DNA of 64,000 nucleotides, from assembly GCA_965112155.1 (NCBI GenBank), contig OZ218108.1; one strand, written 5' to 3'. A program made the translations under genes and the position numbers. The notes under the pieces are model-generated. The model made no database searches. It had not been told where the DNA came from and saw only the letters and a list, made by a program, of their open reading frames with translations. The number at the start of each line of letters is the position of its first letter. The first letter of the stretch is position 1. This stretch comes from Podarcis liolepis. Lineage: Eukaryota. Shown here in pieces: positions 62,701-64,000 of this stretch.

Positions 62701-62909
62701 AAATGAGAAATCACCACTCTACTTACTTTCAAAAGCTACTTCACTGTCATTGTCATCATCAGAACTGATTTCAGCGTATTTTGGTTTTTCATTTACTGTG
62801 CTACGCTTACGTTTGTTCATTTTCACTCGTTCACAGAGAGGCATGGTAGATTCAATTTCTGCTAGGAGTTCTGGAGGTAATTCCTTTAACACTGACTGAT
62901 CTATGCTAC
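26710..62909 (-). CDS. NIPBL: NIPBL (Nipped-B-like, cohesin loader/delangin), exons 11-47; 5' part lies beyond the window
   Basis: 36 complete GT-AG exons plus the end of exon 47, with near-identical peptides to mammalian NIPBL HEAT-repeat region and consistent phases. Confidence 0.99.
26755..27132. other. N-run (378 nt) covering most of NIPBL exon 47
   Basis: Run of n abutting the visible TLRSLYAAKDGTSS* codons. Confidence 1.
27141..27146 (-). terminator. Probable poly(A) signal for NIPBL isoform B (AATAAA)
   Basis: Minus strand AAAAGCAATAAAAGCAATAA directly after a hairpin, ~430 nt past the isoform-B stop. Confidence 0.6.
27151..27242 (-). promoter_or_regulatory. Structured RNA element candidate in NIPBL intron 46 / isoform-B 3' UTR
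   Basis: 18-bp terminal stem TTAACCCCTTGGCGCTGG/CCGGCGTCAAGGGATTAA with G-U pairs on the transcribed strand; inner palindrome CATTGCCGGCAATG. Confidence 0.6.
27570..27800 (-). CDS. NIPBL: NIPBL exon 46 (isoform B reads through to the stop at 27570; isoform A donor after 27615)
   Basis: FKLLMEHLDPDEEEEDGEVSAS...GGGTSG|VRRRRSQRISQRIT*; internal GGG|gtgagg donor. Confidence 0.97.
   Translation of the reverse strand, partial: FKLLMEHLDPDEEEEDGEVSASTNARNKAITSLLGGGSPKNNAAETEDDESDGEDRGGGTSGVRRRRSQRISQRIT
28693..29044 (+). mobile_element. Sauria SINE, full length
   Basis: GGGATGCGGGTGGCACTGTGGG head, ACCTTTACCTTT tail, TSD TAAAATTCTGCAG. Confidence 0.92.
29073..29247 (-). CDS. NIPBL: NIPBL exon 45 (KIQKYSPSESAKVYDK...IVKQYLD)
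   Basis: 175 nt, GT-AG. Confidence 0.97.
29353..29470 (-). mobile_element. 3' fragment of a Ther1/MIR-derived squamate SINE (Squam3-like)
   Basis: GAAGAAGAGGAGTTTGGATTTGATATCCCGCTTTATCACTACCC...CAACAAACACTCTGTGAGG, recognised as a lacertid SINE tail. Confidence 0.65.
29738..30030 (-). CDS. NIPBL: NIPBL exon 44 (SMVKYKKERK...LKNLCGFSD)
   Basis: 293 nt, GT-AG, ORF 29734-30027. Confidence 0.97.
31171..31317 (-). CDS. NIPBL: NIPBL exon 43 (KTEVNQLLYIADNLACFPYQ...QSFKE)
   Basis: 147 nt, GT-AG. Confidence 0.97.
32370..32570 (-). CDS. NIPBL: NIPBL exon 42 (MKAVAGMKMSY...LFDDTA)
   Basis: 201 nt, GT-AG. Confidence 0.97.
33206..33313 (-). CDS. NIPBL: NIPBL exon 41 (CVPYLIAMGTDPEPSMRNKAD...GFIH)
   Basis: 108 nt, GT-AG. 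Confidence 0.97.
33840..34030 (-). CDS. NIPBL: NIPBL exon 40 (KKVAKQEDLKEMGD...LIHPVQ)
   Basis: 191 nt, GT-AG. Confidence 0.97.
35285..35458 (-). CDS. NIPBL: NIPBL exon 39 (FAFIQHPGLMFEQEV...QQADRE)
   Basis: 174 nt, GT-AG. Confidence 0.97.
36258..36348 (-). CDS. NIPBL: NIPBL exon 38 (VNIKDKVLELLMYFTKHSDEEVQTKAIIGL)
   Basis: 91 nt, GT-AG. Confidence 0.97.
36517..36671 (-). CDS. NIPBL: NIPBL exon 37 (ALSKLKSQHQEDPN...DFKGNSK)
   Basis: 155 nt, GT-AG. Confidence 0.97.
36771..36864 (-). CDS. NIPBL: NIPBL exon 36 (VVQHCVSCLGAVVNK...FNRYY)
   Basis: 94 nt, GT-AG. Confidence 0.97.
37182..37322 (-). CDS. NIPBL: NIPBL exon 35 (SQNDFMVICNVAKILEL...KYGMT)
   Basis: 141 nt, GT-AG. Confidence 0.97.
38207..38343 (-). 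CDS. NIPBL: NIPBL exon 34 (SDNKGVNSSCLVACITTLF...TTKCS)
   Basis: 137 nt, GT-AG. Confidence 0.97.
39443..39551 (-). CDS. NIPBL: NIPBL exon 33 (LLKSEEDASYKPVKKAC...EESLA)
   Basis: 109 nt, GT-AG. Confidence 0.97.
39954..40007 (-). CDS. NIPBL: NIPBL exon 32 (VAACRDTGYDWFEQLLQN)
   Basis: 54 nt, GT-AG. Confidence 0.97.
40086..40447 (-). mobile_element. Sauria SINE, diverged
   Basis: GGTAAAGG tail and GGTCATGTGGCCAGCATGACTAA core shared with the other copies. Confidence 0.85.
40751..40991. mobile_element. Tigger/pogo-like MITE
   Basis: TA-CAGTGGTACCTCTAGTTACAAAC...GTTTGTAACTCGAGGTACCACTG-TA. Confidence 0.9.
41348..41446 (-). CDS. NIPBL: NIPBL exon 31 (KLVNETFQKLWFTPTPHNDKE...ITDV)
   Basis: 99 nt, GT-AG. 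Confidence 0.97.
41949..42083 (-). CDS. NIPBL: NIPBL exon 30 (DTGISVRKRVIKILRD...EEGIK)
   Basis: 135 nt, GT-AG. Confidence 0.97.
42425..42571 (-). CDS. NIPBL: NIPBL exon 29 (LDMQRGVHGRLMDNSTSVREAA...IERIL)
   Basis: 147 nt, GT-AG. Confidence 0.97.
42673..42771 (-). CDS. NIPBL: NIPBL exon 28 (ILRVLGENAIAVRTKAMKCLSEV...ILAR)
   Basis: 99 nt, GT-AG. Confidence 0.97.
44338..44440 (-). CDS. NIPBL: NIPBL exon 27 (MNSDTVDYEDACLIVRYLAS...YLTQ)
   Basis: 103 nt, GT-AG. Confidence 0.97.
44558..44772 (-). CDS. NIPBL: NIPBL exon 26 (FSRKFYIAQWFRD...QFSTL)
   Basis: 215 nt, GT-AG. Confidence 0.97.
45293..45494. repeat. Long inverted repeat (62-bp arms, 78-nt spacer)
   Basis: 45293-45354 matches the reverse complement of 45433-45494 with 4 mismatches. 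Confidence 0.9.
46251..46340 (-). CDS. NIPBL: NIPBL exon 25 (VSGGDDEIQQLQKALLDYLEENTETDASLV)
   Basis: 90 nt, GT-AG. Confidence 0.97.
46905..47048 (-). CDS. NIPBL: NIPBL exon 24 (VHQFSNKSTEMALRVASLDYLG...ILKQ)
   Basis: 144 nt, GT-AG. Confidence 0.97.
47622..47754 (-). CDS. NIPBL: NIPBL exon 23 (CGSKQGEEDYRPLFENF...LGRLL)
   Basis: 133 nt, GT-AG. Confidence 0.97.
48752..48834 (-). CDS. NIPBL: NIPBL exon 22 (VDQDVLITNSYETAMRTAQNFLSIFLK)
   Basis: 83 nt, GT-AG. Confidence 0.97.
48974..49483. mobile_element. Tc2/pogo-type MITE containing a second nested Tc2-type MITE (49059-49390)
   Basis: Outer TA-CCGTATTTAC...GTAAATACGC-TA; inner TA-CCATATTGGCCTGAAT...ATTCAGGCTAATACAG-TA. Confidence 0.75.
49856..49994 (-). 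CDS. NIPBL: NIPBL exon 21 (LNSSDTDGEPMYIQMVTALVLQ...SNKK)
   Basis: 139 nt, GT-AG. Confidence 0.97.
51242..51342 (-). CDS. NIPBL: NIPBL exon 20 (VFSRYEKHRQLILEEIFTSLARLP...)
   Basis: 101 nt, GT-AG. Confidence 0.97.
51680..52077. mobile_element. Tc2/pogo-type MITE, diverged
   Basis: TA-CCGTACTTTTTCATG...CATGGGAAAATATGG-TA; internal GTCGTCTTATACATG subterminal motifs. Confidence 0.7.
52626..52706 (-). CDS. NIPBL: NIPBL exon 19 (VSSMGITPFFVENVSELQLCAIKLVTA)
   Basis: 81 nt, GT-AG. Confidence 0.97.
53140..53291 (-). CDS. NIPBL: NIPBL exon 18 (GVLSSKAKRAKCSTHKQRVIVMLYNK...TTILQ)
   Basis: 152 nt, GT-AG. Confidence 0.97.
53409..53622. mobile_element. Tigger/pogo-like MITE
   Basis: TA-CAGTGGTACCTCGGGTTACAAAC...GTTTGTAACCAGAGGTACCACTG-TA. 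Confidence 0.9.
53990..54220 (+). mobile_element. CR1-type LINE 3' end
   Basis: ACAGGATGCTGGACGAGATG...CCAGCAAGGCC...ATGTTCTTATG tail typical of squamate CR1. Confidence 0.65.
54340..54457. mobile_element. Short Tigger/pogo-like MITE
   Basis: TA-CAGTGGTACCTCGGGTTA...TAACCTGAGGTACCACTG-TA. Confidence 0.88.
54883..55114 (-). CDS. NIPBL: NIPBL exon 17 (NNDTEDEERLWRDLIMERVTKSAD...RLDPHG)
   Basis: 232 nt, GT-AG. Confidence 0.97.
55850..56035. mobile_element. hAT (Charlie-like) MITE
   Basis: CAGGGGTTGTCAACCT...AGGTTGACCACCCCTG TIRs, 8-bp TSD CTTTAGGC. Confidence 0.9.
57240..57326 (-). CDS. NIPBL: NIPBL exon 16 (LSTEKTVKVLNILEKNIQDGSKLSTLLNH)
   Basis: 87 nt, GT-AG. Confidence 0.97.
57965..58068 (-). 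CDS. NIPBL: NIPBL exon 15 (DDDEIPQEFLLGKHQLSELGSESAKIKAMGIMDR)
   Basis: 104 nt, GT-AG. Confidence 0.97.
59356..59445 (-). CDS. NIPBL: NIPBL exon 14 (MMDSSTFKRFSASVENILDNLEDMDYTAF)
   Basis: 90 nt, GT-AG. Confidence 0.97.
59551..59622 (-). CDS. NIPBL: NIPBL exon 13 (ARKMKKREKQKKRKAYEPKLTPE)
   Basis: 72 nt, GT-AG. Confidence 0.97.
60422..60625 (-). CDS. NIPBL: NIPBL exon 12 (SRKRHKKDREDDKAWQYEE...YSPPPSLSE)
   Basis: 204 nt, GT-AG. Confidence 0.96.
62160..62295. mobile_element. Palindromic hAT-type MITE, young copy
   Basis: Near-perfect fold-back arms of ~58 bp; 8-bp TSD GTCTAAGT. Confidence 0.92.
62727..62909 (-). CDS. NIPBL: NIPBL exon 11 (SIDQSVLKELPPELLAEIESTMPLCERVKMNKRKR...AFE)
   Basis: 183 nt, GT-AG. 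Confidence 0.97.
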
Positions 62910-64000
62910 CTATCAATGAAGAGTACACTGTGAGTGAATAAGGTTCAAAACAAATTAATATTTGCATGTGTTGATTAGAACTTTCACCTGTCCTTTCACA
63001 CAGTATGACAATAGTTTCTAAAACTTAAAAAAGTTATAGCAACTAGCAACACACAGCATTATCAACAAAAATAACTAATTCAAACTTTAAAGTACAAATT
63101 GTTAATTAAAATATCAAATCAATCAAGAGCTCTCGTTTGCAAAAAATAAAACTTTAAAAAATCATCTCCCTCTTAGAAGCAGCCTACTTCAGCATGACTC
63201 TTCATAAGCACAATACACAACATTATATTTGGAACCATTCATTACCCATTTCATATTTGCATATGTAAGCAGATTGTGCATGTAACCAGATGAAGGCAAC
63301 TTTGAAAAGCTAGTTATGTTGACAAAATGCATATTTCCAACTTATAGCAGAGCAACTTTACATACATCTTTAGATACACTGGCATCATTTACAATAAGCA
63401 TACTGTACAAACAAGTAGCAAATACTTCAATAATACGGTTCAATTCAAGGACATGCCCCCTCCTGCCCTCAGCAAAGCCTTAACACAGTGAGCTGTGATG
63501 CAAGCAGCTGACAGTAACTGCTGAACATTGGGTGAAGGTGCTTCCCAAAAGTTTCTGCTCACAAAAAGTGCTTCTCTCCAACTTTTGGTGAGCCTCCCCA
63601 CCCCCATAAAGACTTTCTGGGAGTCACCTTCAAATGATGTGAGAAATGAAAAATTTCCTACAGAAAAAGAAAGAATTGGAAAATTTTATATTTCATATGT
63701 TCATTAAGAGCAATGATAGAATGTCAAATGCAAAGAAGGCAATAGGTAAGCTTGGCAGTTTCAAAGTTTTTAACTTTGTTTACTGAATACAAGCAAAGTA
63801 TGCTTGCTAAATCAGATCATTCTCTCTAGTCTCTGCTCCCCTCCTGTACTATTTATCCACAGTGAGCTGCAACATAACCACTGTGAAAACAAGGATCTTT
63901 CTCCAGTTATGAGAAATGAGAGACATTACCCTTCTCTAACAGAACAAATGACTGAGGATGAGATAAAACTCACAGACACCTCTTCTCCCACTCTGACCAC

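Overview
Vertebrate genomic DNA, almost certainly a squamate and probably a lacertid lizard, judging from Sauria-type SINEs, a Squam3/Ther1-like SINE, L2/CR1 tails and abundant Tigger/Tc2/hAT MITEs. The window holds the converging 3' ends of two syntenic genes. On the + strand are the last ~25 coding exons of CPLANE1 (C5orf42/JBTS17), 1069-22158; their splice phases chain into one open frame ending in TAA at 22156-22158. On the - strand are exons 11-47 (human numbering) of the cohesin loader NIPBL, 62909 down to 26710. Both NIPBL C-terminal isoforms are present: B reads through exon 46 (...VRRRRSQRISQRIT*), and A uses exon 47 (...TLRSLYAAKDGTSS*), which is mostly hidden in an N-run. The most notable observations are: (1) a CpG-rich, TTAA-bounded RNA hairpin directly before the isoform-B poly(A) signal and the exon-47 acceptor of NIPBL; (2) a tandemly duplicated, frame-preserving 99-nt CPLANE1 exon; (3) a Tc2/pogo-type MITE carrying a 99-bp double-hairpin minisatellite in frame with a CPLANE1 exon; (4) N-runs placed over the conserved NIPBL 3' end; (5) several intronic inverted repeats and nested or fresh insertions. 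Gene identities, exon numbers and human comparisons come from my recall of the human proteins, not from a database search.
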